A stretch of DNA of 64,000 nt from positions 133,734,001-133,798,000 of the forward strand of contig NC_086097.1 in NCBI RefSeq assembly GCF_963921235.1. The letters run 5' to 3'. The position numbers and the translations under genes were made by a program. Below, one piece after another: positions 48,136 through 61,235 of this stretch. Below the pieces are notes generated by a model that worked only from the letters and a program-made list of their open reading frames with translations, did no database searches and was not told the DNA's origin. The first letter of the stretch is position 1. Every line of letters starts with the position of its first letter. The stretch is from Mobula hypostoma (taxonomy: Eukaryota).

Positions 48136-49724
48136 CCTGGAGGGAGCTGATGTCGGAATTTATCTTGCTTCATTAAAAGCACACCGATTTGAAATTTACA
48201 ACCAAGAGCACAACCCCATTTTACACTCATCACACCCAGTGCGTCTCACTGTAGGAATCTTCTGTTTAATCTAAAAATGAAGTAGCAATTCTCCAGCTAT
48301 CCTTAGTGCAATGTTATATATTACAAAAGTATAAGTATATTCAATAGCTTTTCAAAACCTCAATTAAGGAAAAATTGGTGACCATCATTTCAGTGAGGTA
48401 AGGGCCTCTGGTTCTCAATATGTACAATCCCATATTGATTGTTAATAAGAATTTTGTTCTTCAGCAAGTTGAAATGCTCGCTTTTGTCTTATTAGCTAAG
48501 TACCTGTATTGCAAAGGTTAAATTAAAGGGACCTACTGTAATTGATGAGAGATCTCTCAATCATCAAGACCATTTGACAACCTTTACCCACTGGATACCA
48601 CGTGGTCCACTTACATGTCAGGTTTGTTTTTTCCTGAGGCAATGATTCTTCTTCTTCTTAAATTGTTGAGACTGGTTACTTTTTTTTAAGGTATTTTATT
48701 AAACCTCCCAATTCCTGAATGAAACCATTGACTTCCAAGTCAATTGGGCAATAATTTAATTTGTTTTCCAGAGATTAGACCAGGTAACAGGGGATAATCC
48801 TGTCTGAGCATGAAATGGAAACTTGCTTTCTGAGGTATTGTACTCGTACAGCAAGAAGGCTAAGAAATTCAGTGTAAGCTATTCGCTGGTAAATCAGTTG
48901 TGGTTCAGTTGCCTCTCTGACTGTTTCATACTCTGCCTCTTGTTCATGCCATTTCACTAATCAAAAAGCATGTTGGTTTGAGTCCGTCTTTCAACCAGGA
49001 AGATATCAAAAAAACTTTGAAACAAATGTTATTTATTTTCCCCCTTCTGTAGTGTCTGAATCAACATGGCTAGCTAAATTAGGATTAAGCAAAGACACTG
49101 AATCATGAATCTTACAGCTCAGGAGAGGGGTGTTTTGTCCATTCTGTCCGTGCTAGCTCTTTGAAAGAGCTCTCCAATTAGTGCTGCTTGTCCAGTTAGA
49201 GCTTTCTTATTAGTGTCACTCCTCCAGTTCTGTCTGAAAGGAAGGTTGAAGCAACTTCAATGGGAACTTTCATAAGGAATTGAAAGATATAAGACTGTAG
49301 GATATGTTTACCCTTTGAAATTTCCCATTGAATCTGCTTCCCCGTCTTTCCAAAGAAGAGGATCCAGAGTACAATCCATAGAGAGATTCAGCATGGGAAT
49401 TGGCCTTTCAGTCCACCGAGTCTGCACTGGCCATCAACCATCTATGTTATGGAGCTGAGGCAGTTACTACATGTAAAATTCCTACTTTTACACTAACACA
49501 GCTCTTTTGACAATTATCTTAAATCTCTGTAAGAGATTGGGGTGTAAGTGAGTGTTAACTTAGAGAAAGTGGAACGTAAGTAAAAACACTGCGTAACAAA
49601 ATAATCTTTTGAAAGCACAAGGACTTCTGATTAACCTCACCATGGTAGCAAGTGTTCTCTGGACCTCCTCTGCCAAGGCATTCCATTAAAGTACTATATC
49701 ACATGTCACTGAATGTCATCAGGT

Positions 49725-50285
49725 AATGCGGCTCAGAAGTGGGTCCTTGGCCCAAACTGTCCATGCTGACCAAGATGCACATCTGAGCTAGTTCCACTTG
49801 TCTGCGTTTGGTCCATACACCTCGAGGCCAGGGGTTCCCAACCTGAGGCCCATAGATCCTTCAGATAATGGTAAGGGTCCATGGCAGAAAATTTCTTGGG
49901 AACCCCTGCTCTAAACCTTTTCTACCCACATATCTGTCCAAGTGCCTTTTAAACATTGTTATTTTACATGCCTCAACGACTTTCTCTGGCAGCTTGTTCC
50001 ATGCATACTTTCTTCTGGGTGAAAAGATTCCCCTCAGATTCCTTTTAAATCTTTTCCCTGTTATCATAAACTCATGTCCTCTAGTGTATGGTTCCCTTCC
50101 TTGGGATAAAGACTGCGTATTCACCCCATCTATGTGGCTCATCATTTTATATGTTGCTATAAAGTCACTACCCAGTCTCCTATACGGCAGGAAATGAAGC
50201 CTAGACTGCCCAATCTCTCCCTATAACTCAAGTCCTCAAGTGCTGGCAGCATTCTCATGAATCTTCCTCGTGCTCTTTCTACTTA
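49725..50285 (-). mobile_element. CR1 3' fragment
   Basis: Minus ORF YTRGHEF...AWNKLPEKVVEA...FKRHLDRY. Confidence 0.8.
49829..49908. mobile_element. 80 bp hAT (Charlie-like) MITE
   Basis: Perfect 13 bp TIR caggggttcccaa / ttgggaacccctg. Degenerate 8 bp flanks ctcgaggc/ctctaaac. Interrupts a CR1. Confidence 0.8.
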
Positions 50286-50339
50286 CCTAATGAGTCAATG
50301 TCTTCTCCTTTAACTGAAGCATTAGACATGGGTGGTGGT

Positions 50340-50818
50340 AGTTTCCACTCCTCAGGAACCAGGTGGCAGAGTGATGCAGCTTGTAGATTCAATCTGACCT
50401 CTGCTGATGTCCATGTGGAGATTGTACATTTTGCCTGTGACCTTCAGTGCTCCAATTTCCTCCAACCTCCCTCTGGTACCATCCTCCTTCCCCTTCTCCC
50501 ATGGTCCACTGTCCTCCCTTATCAGATTCTTTCTTCTTCAGCCCTTTACCTTTACCACCTATCATGATCCAGCTTCTTACTTCATCCCTCTCCCCCACCC
50601 ATCTGCCTTCGCCTTCCCCTTCACCTGGTTTCACCTATCACCTGCCAGCTTGTACTCCTTCCCCTCCCCCCCACATTCTTATTCTGGCTTCCTCCCGCTT
50701 CCCTTCCAGCCCTGATGAAGGGGTTTGGCCCAAAACGTAGATTGTCTATTCTTTTCCATGGATTCTGCAGGACATGCTGATTTCCTTCAACATTCTGCAT
50801 GTGCTGCTCTGGATTTAG
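50340..50818 (+). mobile_element. Penelope-like ORF end + pLTR remnant with mutated hammerhead motif
   Basis: gccctgatgaaggggtttggcccaaaacgtagatt at 50709-50743; homologous to 38630-39040. Confidence 0.75.
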
Positions 50819-50824
50819 ACCATA

Positions 50825-51340
50825 AACGGGGCGTCTGAAGTGTCCAGGGAGGGGTAGCACCTCTGGTGAAGGGCTTGTTGTGTCCATTCCAGGGCAGTTT
50901 GTCCCCACTGGACCCTCAGCCATCATCTGTGGCTCCAAGTAGCTCTCTGCATGCACCAGCTGCCACATTCCAGTACACCTCTATGGCAGGTGGGCTAAAT
51001 CAGGTGAGGGTAGCCAGCAGCCTCAAACCCCAGTGAGACAGGGACATGCCTGTCCTAGCTTGCGAAGTCAGTTCTGGCGGACTGGGCGGATGAGATTTGC
51101 AGTGATCCAAATGCCAAGAAGGTGGGTCTACAACACTCCATGGAAAGTGAAGGGCATGACAAAGCACAGAAGAGGCCGTGATCATTCACTACAACCAGGG
51201 AAGACCCCAATATGCTGCTTGTTCATACCATTGGACCCAGAATTCCGTGATCCAGAGAGTGGAACATCCCCGGTGCAATGGCTTTTCCACTTTAAAAACT
51301 CTCCCACACAGGTTTCCTATCATTGTCGGACATGACAGAT
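50825..51340 (+). mobile_element. Probable non-coding retroposon (RTE 5'UTR-like)
   Basis: GC-richer block starting ...ggggtagcacctctggtgaagggcttg between two other repeats. Family assignment from memory only. Confidence 0.35.
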
Positions 51341-51349
51341 AATCACCAG

Positions 51350-51810
51350 ATCATAAGACCATAAGATATAGGAGGAAAATTAGGCCATTCAACCCATCAA
51401 GTCTGCTTTGCTATTCCATCATGGCTGAATTATTATCCCTCTCAGCCCCATTCTACTGCCTTTTCCCCATAAACTTTGACGCCCTGACTAATCAAGAATA
51501 TATGATTCTGCTTTATATATACCCAATGACTTGACCTCCACAACCATCTGTGACAATGAATTCCACAGATTCACCACTTTCTGACTAAAGGAAATCCTCC
51601 TCATTTCTGCTATGAAGGGACGTCCCTGAATTCTGGGCAATGCCTCTGGTCCTAGTCTCCCCCACTATAGGAAACGTGCTCTCCACATCCACTCTATATA
51701 GGCCTTTCAATACTTGATATGTTTCAATGAGATCCCTCCTCATTCTTCTAAATTCCAGTGAGTACAGGCCCAGAGCCATCAAACACGCCTCATACGTTAA
51801 TCCTTTCATA
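51350..51810 (-). mobile_element. CR1 3' fragment
   Basis: MKGLTYEACLMALGLYSLEFRRMRRDLIETY...ETRTRG; (ataagacc) tail on plus. Confidence 0.9.
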
Positions 51811-51934
51811 CATGCTGAGCTCACAGAAATCCTGCCCTCTGATGCTACAGTGTTCACATCTGCTGCCAAATTCTGCCCCGTGCGCAAGTGCCATGGGTGC
51901 TCATTAGAAAGAAAGAAGTTTCCAACTAACTTAC

Positions 51935-52010
51935 CGGCGAGGCTAAGATCACTCATTTCTGTGACCTTGCCGTAAAGATCTGCGCAAAGGTTGGATATAA
52001 TGAAGTAAAC
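51935..52010 (-). other. Candidate 76 nt spliced exon of an unidentified host transcript (one open frame: VYFIISNLCADLYGKVTEMSDLSLA)
   Basis: Minus-strand acceptor ttttttttcatgtttgcag| and donor CCG|gtaagt in non-repetitive DNA. The peptide is not recognised. Confidence 0.4.
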
Positions 52011-52394
52011 CTGCAAACATGAAAAAAAACACTTATAGTTGGTTACCCAGCCCTTGCTTGTTTTAAAATTTGCACTGTGATTTTCAATTTGATAGCAAGG
52101 TAATTGAAGAGCTCTAAATTACAGTACCCAGGAAGCTGTAGAGAAGGGAATCCTTCAAAAGCATTTACAAAAGGAATAGATAGTATTGGATGATTTATGA
52201 TCCTCCCCACGTGTCCTCTACACTGTTCTGATCTGTAGATCACAGGCTACAAATAGAGGCCTTAGGAAAGGTGTAAAACAAGTTTGCTGTCATGGAAACC
52301 TCCCTTGGAAATAAAGACTGAGAGGTGAGTCAGTGGAGATCTTCTTTGTTATAATAGGAATTGCAAACGTGAATGTGGGTTTGTGTTCACTGAT

Positions 52395-54250
52395 TGTAGA
52401 GTCATACAGCACGGAAACAGGCCATTCAGCCCAAATAATCCATGCTGCCCAAGATTCCCATATACTCTAGCCCTACTGGCTCATGGTTGGCCCATAGCCC
52501 TCTCAGCCTTTTCGACCCATGTACCTTGTCAAGTACTTTTTAAATGATGGTAATGTACCTGCTTCAGTCACTTCCTCTGACAGCTTATTCCGTATACTCA
52601 CTGCATGAAAAAGTTGCCCCTTAGGTTCCTATTAAATCTCTCCTTCTTATGTTAAACCTACGCCCTCCAGTTCTTAATTCCCCAACAGTTAGGATAAAGA
52701 CTGTACATTCATTTCATCATAATATTTACACCTCTATAATATCACCCCTCATTCTCCTACACTCCAATGAAGATAAGTACTAATCTGCTCAACCTCTCTC
52801 CATAACTCAGACTCTTGAGTTCTATCAACATCCTCCTAAATCTCCTCTCCATTCTCTCCAGCTTAATGGCACCTTTCGTTTAGCAGCATCATCAAAACAG
52901 AACACAATATTCCAAATGTGGCCTCATGAATGTTTTGTACAACTGCAATATAATGTTCCAACTATTGCACTCAAGTGTGAGTGTGGTATTTTTTTTGTCA
53001 CGCTGGACTGATGAAGTCTAGCACGACAAAGTCTGTCTATCTGCGACACCTCCTTCAGCAAAGTATGTATTTATACTGCTAGATCCCTCTGTTCTACAAA
53101 GTACAAAAGTTCAAAGTTCAAAGCCAAATTCCCTGCAACATTCCCTAGGCTACTGTCGTTCATTGTGCAAGTCCTACCCTCATTTGTCTTCCCAAAATGC
53201 AGCATCCTGCACTTTTTTTCAAGTTAAACTCCATATGCCATTTCTTTGCCTATTCACTCAGCTGATCAAGAACTCTCTAGAGTGAGAATTAAAAGCTGGG
53301 GAATCCTAGATAGCCTTAGAGTCAAGCTGCACGGAAACAGGCCCTTCAGCTCATCATGTCCATGCGAACAATCAAGGAGTACCTATACTAATCCCATTTG
53401 CCATTGTTTGATCCATAACCTTGTATGGATTGGCAATTCAAGTGCTTGTTTCAACACTGTACTTCCTTAAAGCTGTGAGAGTTCATTTTCATCATCTGCT
53501 CAGGCAGTGTGTTCCAGATTCATATGAGGTGAGTACTGGGTAAGACACACTCCATCAAGAGGTGCAAGGTATTCCAATACTTGAACTTCAACTACAAGGT
53601 CTCATGGGGGAGATAGTAGCAGTAAGCAAATTAAAACTATAGTGTATCTCAGAGAAAACTGAAAGATAATCTGGAAATATTTGTAATTCAGGTCCAATTT
53701 GAATAAATTGAATTAATTTATTATTGTGACATGTACCAAGAAACTGTGAAAAGAGTTTGCCCGCGTGCCACCTATACAGATCATTAAATACATAAGTGTG
53801 TTCAGGTAGTAAAAAGAGATTTAAAAAAAACAGAATGCAGAAAATAATGTTACAGTTAGAGATAAAGTGGAGTGCTGTAGGCAAGTAAAGTGCATAAGTC
53901 ACAATGAGGTAAATTGGGAGACAAGCATTCATCTTTTAGTAAAGGAGAGATCCTTTCAAGAGTCTGATAACTGTGGGATAGAAGCTCATCTTGAGCCAGG
54001 TGGTACATGTTCTGAAGCATTTGTATCTTCTGCCTAATGGGAGACGACAGAAGAGAGAGTGACCAGAGAGGGAGGGGTCTTGATGGTATTAATTGCTTTC
54101 CTAAAGGGTAGTATGGTTTGAAATGTAGACAGAAGCAGTCGAAGGGAGATACTTTTCTGTAATGGACTGGGCTTTATTCATAACTCTCTGCAAGTTCTTA
54201 TGTTCTTGGGCAGAGCAGTTTCCATGCTAAGTTGTGATGAATCCAAATAA
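52395..54250 (-). mobile_element. Old CR1 3' fragments (52395-53270, 53315-53525) and a Rex tail (53700-54250)
   Basis: Antisense tails catacagcacggaaacaggcc and decayed antisense coding sequence homologous to other copies. Confidence 0.7.
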
Positions 54251-54719
54251 GACTGCAACTATCATATCGGTGTGCTCTCCTTGGGTCTACAGTTACATTG
54301 ACGTGAGAAAGTAACGGAAAAAAATCAGCTATTTATATCATGGAAGATCATTTTGAAATACTTGCTCTGTGGAAACAAGTATTCTTTCAGAGGAGATGTA
54401 AAATAAGGCCCCTCTTGATCTCTAAGGGATATAATGCCCCATAGCTTCCTTGGAGCACTACAGAGGAGTTGCACCAGTATCATTTCCCTCAAACACATTG
54501 TATAAAGATAGGCTAAAACAATAAAATAATTTTTGTGTTGTGGTGGTGCAGAGGCACTTTGTACACAATGAAATATTTTGACAGCATTGATGATTTTGGA
54601 AGTACAAGTGCCAATCTGCATTCAGCAAACTTCCTGAAATAGAGCTTGCTCGAGACCAGATCATATACTATGCAGCAATATTGGATGAGGAATAAATGAT
54701 ATCCCGGGACATTATTAAA

Positions 54720-57700
54720 GTCATAGGATCATAGAGAAGTACAGCACAGAAACAGGCTCTTTGGCCCATCTAGTCCAAGCTGAAAGCACTTTAATTGCCT
54801 ACTCCCATCGACCTGCATCGAGACCATAGCCCTCCATGTGACGACTATCCATGTGCGTATCCAAATTTCTCTTAAATGTTGAAATCAAGCTCACATGTAG
54901 TGGCAGCTCATTCCACACTCTCATGACCCTCTGAGTGAAGATGTTTCCCCTCCTCATGTTGTCCTTAAACCTCACCTTTCACCCTTAACCCATGGCCAGT
55001 CTCAGTGGAAACTGCTTCCTTGTCAACCTTGTTTGCATCTTTCCTGTAGAAAAGTGACCAAATCTGCACACAATACTCCAAATTAGGCTTCACCAGTGTC
55101 TTATACAACTTCAACATAACATGCCATCTCCTGTACTCAAATTATCGATTTAGGAAGGCTAATGTGCCAAAAGCTTTCTTTATGACTTTATCAACCTTAT
55201 CACCACTTCCAATGAATAATGGACCTGTATTCCCAGATCTTTTTGTTCTACCACACTCCCTACTGTTCACTGTGTCAGACCTACCCTGGTTGGTCCTACC
55301 AAAGTGTAAAACCTCACACTTGTCTGCATTAAAATCCTTTCACCTTTTTCAGCCCATTTTTCCAGTGGATGCAGATCCCTCTGCAAGCAACGATAGCCTT
55401 CCTCACTGTCCACTACACCCCAAATCTTGGTGTCATCCATAAATTTGCTGATCCAGTTAACCATATTCTCATCCAGGTCATTGATATAGATGACAAAGAA
55501 CACACCACTAGTTACAGGCCTCCAGTCAGAGAGGCAACCATCTACTACCTTTCTCTGGTTTCTCCCGCAAAGCCAATGTCTAATCCAATTCACTACTTCA
55601 TCCTGAACGCCGAGCAACTGAACCTTCATGACCAGCCTCCCAAGCGGGACTTTATCAAGTGCCTCACTAAAGTCCAGGTAGACAACATTCACTGTCTTGC
55701 CTTCATCCACTTTCCTGGTAACTTCCTTGAGAAACTCTATAAGAGTGGTTAGACATGACCTACCATGCACAAAGCCATGCTGACTATCCTTAATCAGTCC
55801 GTGTCTATCCAAATACTTACAGATCTGGTCCCTAAGAATACCTTCCAATAACATTCCCACTACTGATGTCAGACTCATCGGCCTATAATTTCCTGGATTA
55901 TGTTTAGCAGAACTATATTGGCAATCCTCCAATCTTCTGGTACCTCTCCTGTCGCTAAGGATATTTTAAATATCTCTGCCAGAGCCCCTGCAATTTCTGC
56001 ACTTCCTCCCATAGGATCTGAGGGAACACCTTGTCAGGCCTGGGGATTTATCCACCGTAATTTTCCTCAGGGTAGCAAACACCTTCCCCTTTGTAATCTG
56101 TACTGAGCCCATGAAGCTGATGCTACTTTTCCTTATGTCTATAGACTTTATATCCATCTCCTGATTAAATACAGATGCAAAGAATTCATTTAAGATCTCC
56201 CCCATCTGATTTGGCTCCACACATGGATTATCATTCTGGTCTTCCAGAGGACCAATTTTGTCCCTTGCAATTCTTTTGCCCTTAACATTTCTGTAGAGTC
56301 ATTTGAGATTCTCCTTCCCCTTGTCTGCTAGAGCAACTTCATGCATTATTTTAGCCTTCCTGATTGTTTTCTTAAGTGTTCTCTTGCACTTTTTGTATTC
56401 CATAAGCACTTCATTTGCTCCTACTTGCCTATACCTGCTATACACGTCCTTTTCTTCTCTTAACCAGGGCTTGAATATTTCTTGAAAACCAAGGTTCCCT
56501 ATACTTGGTATCTTTAGCTTTCAGTCTGACAGGCACAGCCTGTCCCAATCTACACTTGCCAGATCATTTCTGACACCATCAAAATTGGAATCTCAACCTG
56601 CAGATCAGACCAATCTTTTTGCATATTTACTTTGAAACTAATGGCATTGTGGTCACTGAATGCAAAGTGTTCCCCTACACAACTTCTGTCACCTGCCCTG
56701 TCTCATTCCCTAATAGCAGAAGCAGTATCACATGCTCTCTCATTTGGGACTTCTACGTTCTGATGAAGAAAACTTTTAGATTTAGATTTAGATGATGAGA
56801 GCACTCAGTCCTCTTTTATTGTCATTTAGGAATGCATACATGCATTAAGAAATGATACAATGTTTCTCCGGAGTGATATCACAGAAAAACAGGACAAACC
56901 AAAGACTAACACTGACAGAACCACATAATTATAAGATATAGTTACAGCAGTGCAAAGCAATACCATAATTTGATGAAGAACAAACCATGGGCACGGTAAA
57001 TAAAGTCTCAAAAGTCCCCGAGTCGATCGACTCCCGAGGCCCCGATAGCAGGTGGCAAAGGAAGAAACTCCCTGCCATAGACCTCCAGGCACCGTCAACT
57101 TGCCAATACCTTGAAAGCAGCTGACCACAGCTGACACCGAGTCCATCCGTCCGAAAACTTCGAGCTTCCGACCAGGCTCTCCAATACGGCCTCCCGAGCG
57201 CCATCCACTACCGAGTGCCTTTGACCTCGCCCTGGCCGCTGAAACACACAAAGCCGAGGATTTCGGGGCCTTCTGCTCCGGAGATTCCGGTTACCACACA
57301 GTAACAGCGGCAGCAGAGCGGGCATTTCAGAAGTTTTCCAGATGTTCCTCCGTACTCTCACGTCTGTCTCCATCAAATCAGAATTGTGCACAGTCCCCTA
57401 CTTGACAGATAACAGACATCACCACTGAAGTGGATGCGCGCGCTGAACACATTTGAAAATCTCTATCCTACCTAATCCTTTTACAGTATGGAATTCCCAG
57501 TCAATATGTGGCAAGTTAAAATCACCTACTATAACCTACTCTTGTTTCTTGCAACAGTCTACAACCTCTTTACAAATTTGTTCCTCTAAATCCCCAGGAC
57601 TGTTGGGTGGTCTGTAATATAGCACTATTAATGTAGTCATACCTTTCTCATTTCTCAGTTCCACTCATAACATCTCACTAGTCGAGTTCTCCAGTCGGTC

Positions 57701-59225
57701 CTGACTGAGCACTGCGGTGACATTTTCCCTGACTAGTAATGGCACTCCTCTTCCTTTAATCCCTCCTGCTCTGTCATATCTAAAACAATAGCACCCCGGA
57801 ATACTGAGCTGCCTGTCCTGCCCCTCCTGCAACCGAGTCTCACTAATGGCTATAATGTCATACTTCCGGGTGTTCATCCATGACCTGAGTTCATCTGCCT
57901 TTCCTACGATACTTCTTGCATTGAAGCATACACAGCTTAGGACACTAACCACACTATACTCAACCTTTTAATTCCTGACTTTGTCTGAGGTCTTACCAAC
58001 ATCTGCCTCTCCACTAACTGTTACGGCACTCTGATTCCCACCCCCTGCAACTCTAGTTTAAACCCCACTGTGCAGCATTAATAAACCTTCCCGCTAGGAT
58101 GTTAGTCCCCTTCTAGTTCAGGTACAAACCGTCCCAACTTCCCTGGAAGAGAACCCAATGATCCAAAAATCTTATGCCCTCCCTCCTACACCAACTCCTT
58201 AGCCACGTGTTAAACTGTATATCTTCCTAGTTCTGGCCTCACTAGCACATGGCAAGAGTAGTAATCCTGAGTTCACAACCATGGAGGTCTTGTCTTTGAA
58301 CTTAGCACCATCCTACCCATGTTGTTGGTATCTACACGGACCATAACTTCTGGCTGTTCACCCTCCCACTTAAAAATGCTAAGGCCTCGATCTGAGATAT
58401 CCCAGACCCTACACCTGGGAGTTAACATGCCATCCAGGAATCCTGATCTCGCCCACGAACTTCTTGTCCATTCCCCTAACCCATGAATCCCCTATCACCA
58501 TGGTGTGCCTTTTCTTTCCCCTTCCCTTCTGAGCCATGGAGCCAGACTCAGTGCCGGAGACCAACCACTGTGATTTTACTCTGTTTAGTCATCCCCCGAT
58601 AGTATCCTTAACCCCTTTCCCCTTCCTGACTGTCACCCAGTCTCCTGTGACCTGCACCTTGGATGTAACTACATCTCTACATGTTCTATCTAGCACCCCT
58701 TCAACCTCCCAAATGAACTGGAGTTCATACAGTTCCAGCTGCAACTCCTTAGCGCAGATTATTAGAAGCTGCAGCTGGATTCACTTCTCACAGATGCAGT
58801 CGTCAGAGACACCGGAGGTCTCCCTGACTTCCCACATCCCACAAGAGGAGCATTCAACTATCCTGCCTGACATCTCTACTGTCCTAACTAAGCAAACATA
58901 AAGAAGGGAAGGAAAAGAAAACTTTACCTTGTCTTTCTTTTGCTTTCTCTGACTGAAGCCTCTCTTCTCTGAAGCCTTGAAGAGCTAAGGCCTCAAGATC
59001 ACCACTCTGGCTCTGTCCACTCAGATGATGGCCACTGCACTTGCCCCTGCCTTCCTTTAATACGCTCCTGCTAATCAATCCCAAATGCCGATTGGTTGTA
59101 GATCAAAGCTCAATTACATTGCCGTGACCCACCGCTGCTTTTTTCTACTCGGTCAGTTCACCTGATTGAAATTCCCTCCTCCCAAACTTCTGATATCCGG
59201 ATTGGTCGCTGGTCAAAGCTCAAAT
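54720..59225 (-). mobile_element. CR1 LINE, near full length (5'UTR, ORF1, APE, RT, 3'UTR), degraded
   Basis: ORF1 N-terminus MSGRIVECSSCGMWEVRETSGVSDDCICEK (about 58770-58872); APE CFNARSIVGKADEL...IAISET (57665-57952); RT NYRPMSLTS, SQHGF, VYLDFS, SKFMDDTK (55267-55932); tail at about 54720. Confidence 0.92.
56777..57444 (-). mobile_element. Non-autonomous retroposon, family B copy 3, inserted in the CR1 APE region
   Basis: (AATCTA)n tail, seen as agatttagatttag on plus; homologous to copies 1 and 2; the host resumes at gaacacatttg. Confidence 0.85.
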
Positions 59226-60339
59226 ATTATGTTGTTGTTATGAAAACGTACTGTGCATAAATTGGCTGCAGAGTTTCACAACGGTAAGTGCATATTGAAA
59301 GTACTTTAAGACACATAGTTTGGTTGTAAAGTGCATTAGAAAGCACTGAGGTTACAAAAACAAGTTCTCTTTTTCCATAAGTTAGACAAGAAATTTCCAA
59401 AGGCTCTGAAGAGCTGAGTAGAACATTTTCTGCTGTTAACCCTCTGACCCCAAAGCGTGCTTTCAATCCCATTGACTTTGTTGCCATGGCTTTCCTGAAT
59501 GTTGAAGATCGGGCCTGGCATGGAAACCTCATATTATGAGTTGTATTTTGATAGCCAGGAACAAAGGACTTAAATTGATGCCCCATAAGGCAATGCTAAG
59601 GCATTATGTTATCTTATCTGATAACTATAAATAGCCACCTTCAATTTCCACTCTAATACCTGCCACAGAATAGAGAGAAAATTACTGGATGGAGAAATAA
59701 ATGTCTTTTCAGCATTTGGCAAGTCAAAAATCACATGTTTTGGAATTTCATATGCAGGAAAATATAATTTTATATTTGGAAAAATAATCTGCTTTTATAA
59801 GTGTGGTGATTTTTATTTCTTTATTGCCTTCAATCAAAATAAACCCAATGGTATCACTGTCCTGTTAAAACAAACCTGAGTGAGCTGCAGAAGATTTTGA
59901 TGCCGGGTCATCACTCAGCTGGATAGGAAGGGAAACAGCCTGAAATGGTTCGAGAAAGATTGCCTCAATCAAAACTTCAGTGTTGCTTTTGAGTGGTCAG
60001 AGCACATAATCCATGGCTCCATTTACCCGTTCTACAAAATAATCCAGTGAAAATGCGTGATGCATCGAGTTTAAAAAGAATTCTTTAGTATTTCAGTCAT
60101 ATCAAGTGTTAATTCCTGAGCAGTTTTCAATAATCAGCTTATGTAGTAGGTTGAGCGATGATACACAGATGCATTCTGTGGGGTATGTTATAGCACAGCA
60201 GATAAATTACTGGACTAGCAGTCAGAATTCCAGACCACTGATTCAGATACACGATCAATTATCCCATCGTAAAAGTGGAAATTTAGAAGAAAATATGAAA
60301 TGCACAAAAAAGGCCTGGTCTCAGTGGCAGTGACTGTGT

Positions 60340-60925
60340 AAGCATCTGAGCTACAGATGCACTATGGAAAGTGTCTTATCAGGACGCATTGCAGCTGGGC
60401 ACGCCAACTGCTCTGCCCAAGGCCACAAGAAACTGTACACAGTCGTGAACACATCCCAGTCAATCACGAAAATCCAGTCTCCCCTCCACTGACTCTACTT
60501 AGAGTCACAGGGTCATAGAAAAGTACAGCACAGAAATAGGCCCTTCGACTCTGCTTCAGGAAAGCAACAAACATAATCAAAGAACTCCCCCCGCCCCCCC
60601 CCCACCCACTCTTGGTCATTCTTTCTCCTCTCACCCCCAAGCAGCTGAGAGAACATACCACCAGACTCTGGGACAGCTTCTATCCTACTGTTACTGGACT
60701 CTTGAACAGACCTTTACTGTGACAAAGGTGAAGTCTTGACCTCCCAATTTCCCACATTGTGGCCCTTGCACTTTGTCTGTCTACCTGTACGACACTTTCT
60801 TTATAACCATAACACTTCGTACTACCTCAGTGAGCTTATTTTTAAAATGGTCTGTCTGGATAGCACACAATCAAAAGCTTTACACTGTATTTTGGTACAC
60901 AAGACAATAATAAACCAATTATCAA
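60340..60925 (+). mobile_element. Rex1/Babar-like 3' fragment, old, with a small CR1-tail insert at about 60500-60548
   Basis: Decayed YRCTMESVLSGRIAA; gacagcttctatcct; aataaaccaatt tail. Confidence 0.65.
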
Positions 60926-61235
60926 CCATGAAAAACATGTCCTTGAGTGAGTTTACCATTCTCTTATCTGCATGTGGCTCCAGATCCACTGACGTGGTTG
61001 GTTAACTGCCTCCCCTCAATTCAGAGGCATTTAGAGATAGACAATCAATTCTGCTGCTAGCAGCATGACCACAGTCTGTGAACGAGCAACAAAATAAAAC
61101 GAAAGACAGAAACAGAAAATCTCAGGAGGTCAGGCAACATCTATGAAAAGAGAAACAGTCAATGTATCAGATCTGGGATAATGCGTCAGAATGGGGAAAG
61201 CGGATTTCATTTTTAATCAAAGACTGTTCATCCCT

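Noticed and set aside
51585-52016. 143 aa ORF fusing unique sequence to CR1 peptide
   Set aside because: Chance read-through across a repeat boundary with a non-ATG start; no evidence of a domesticated fusion.
59227-59586. 119 aa minus ORF upstream of the CR1 5' end
   Set aside because: No recognisable motif or splice support; length is compatible with chance.
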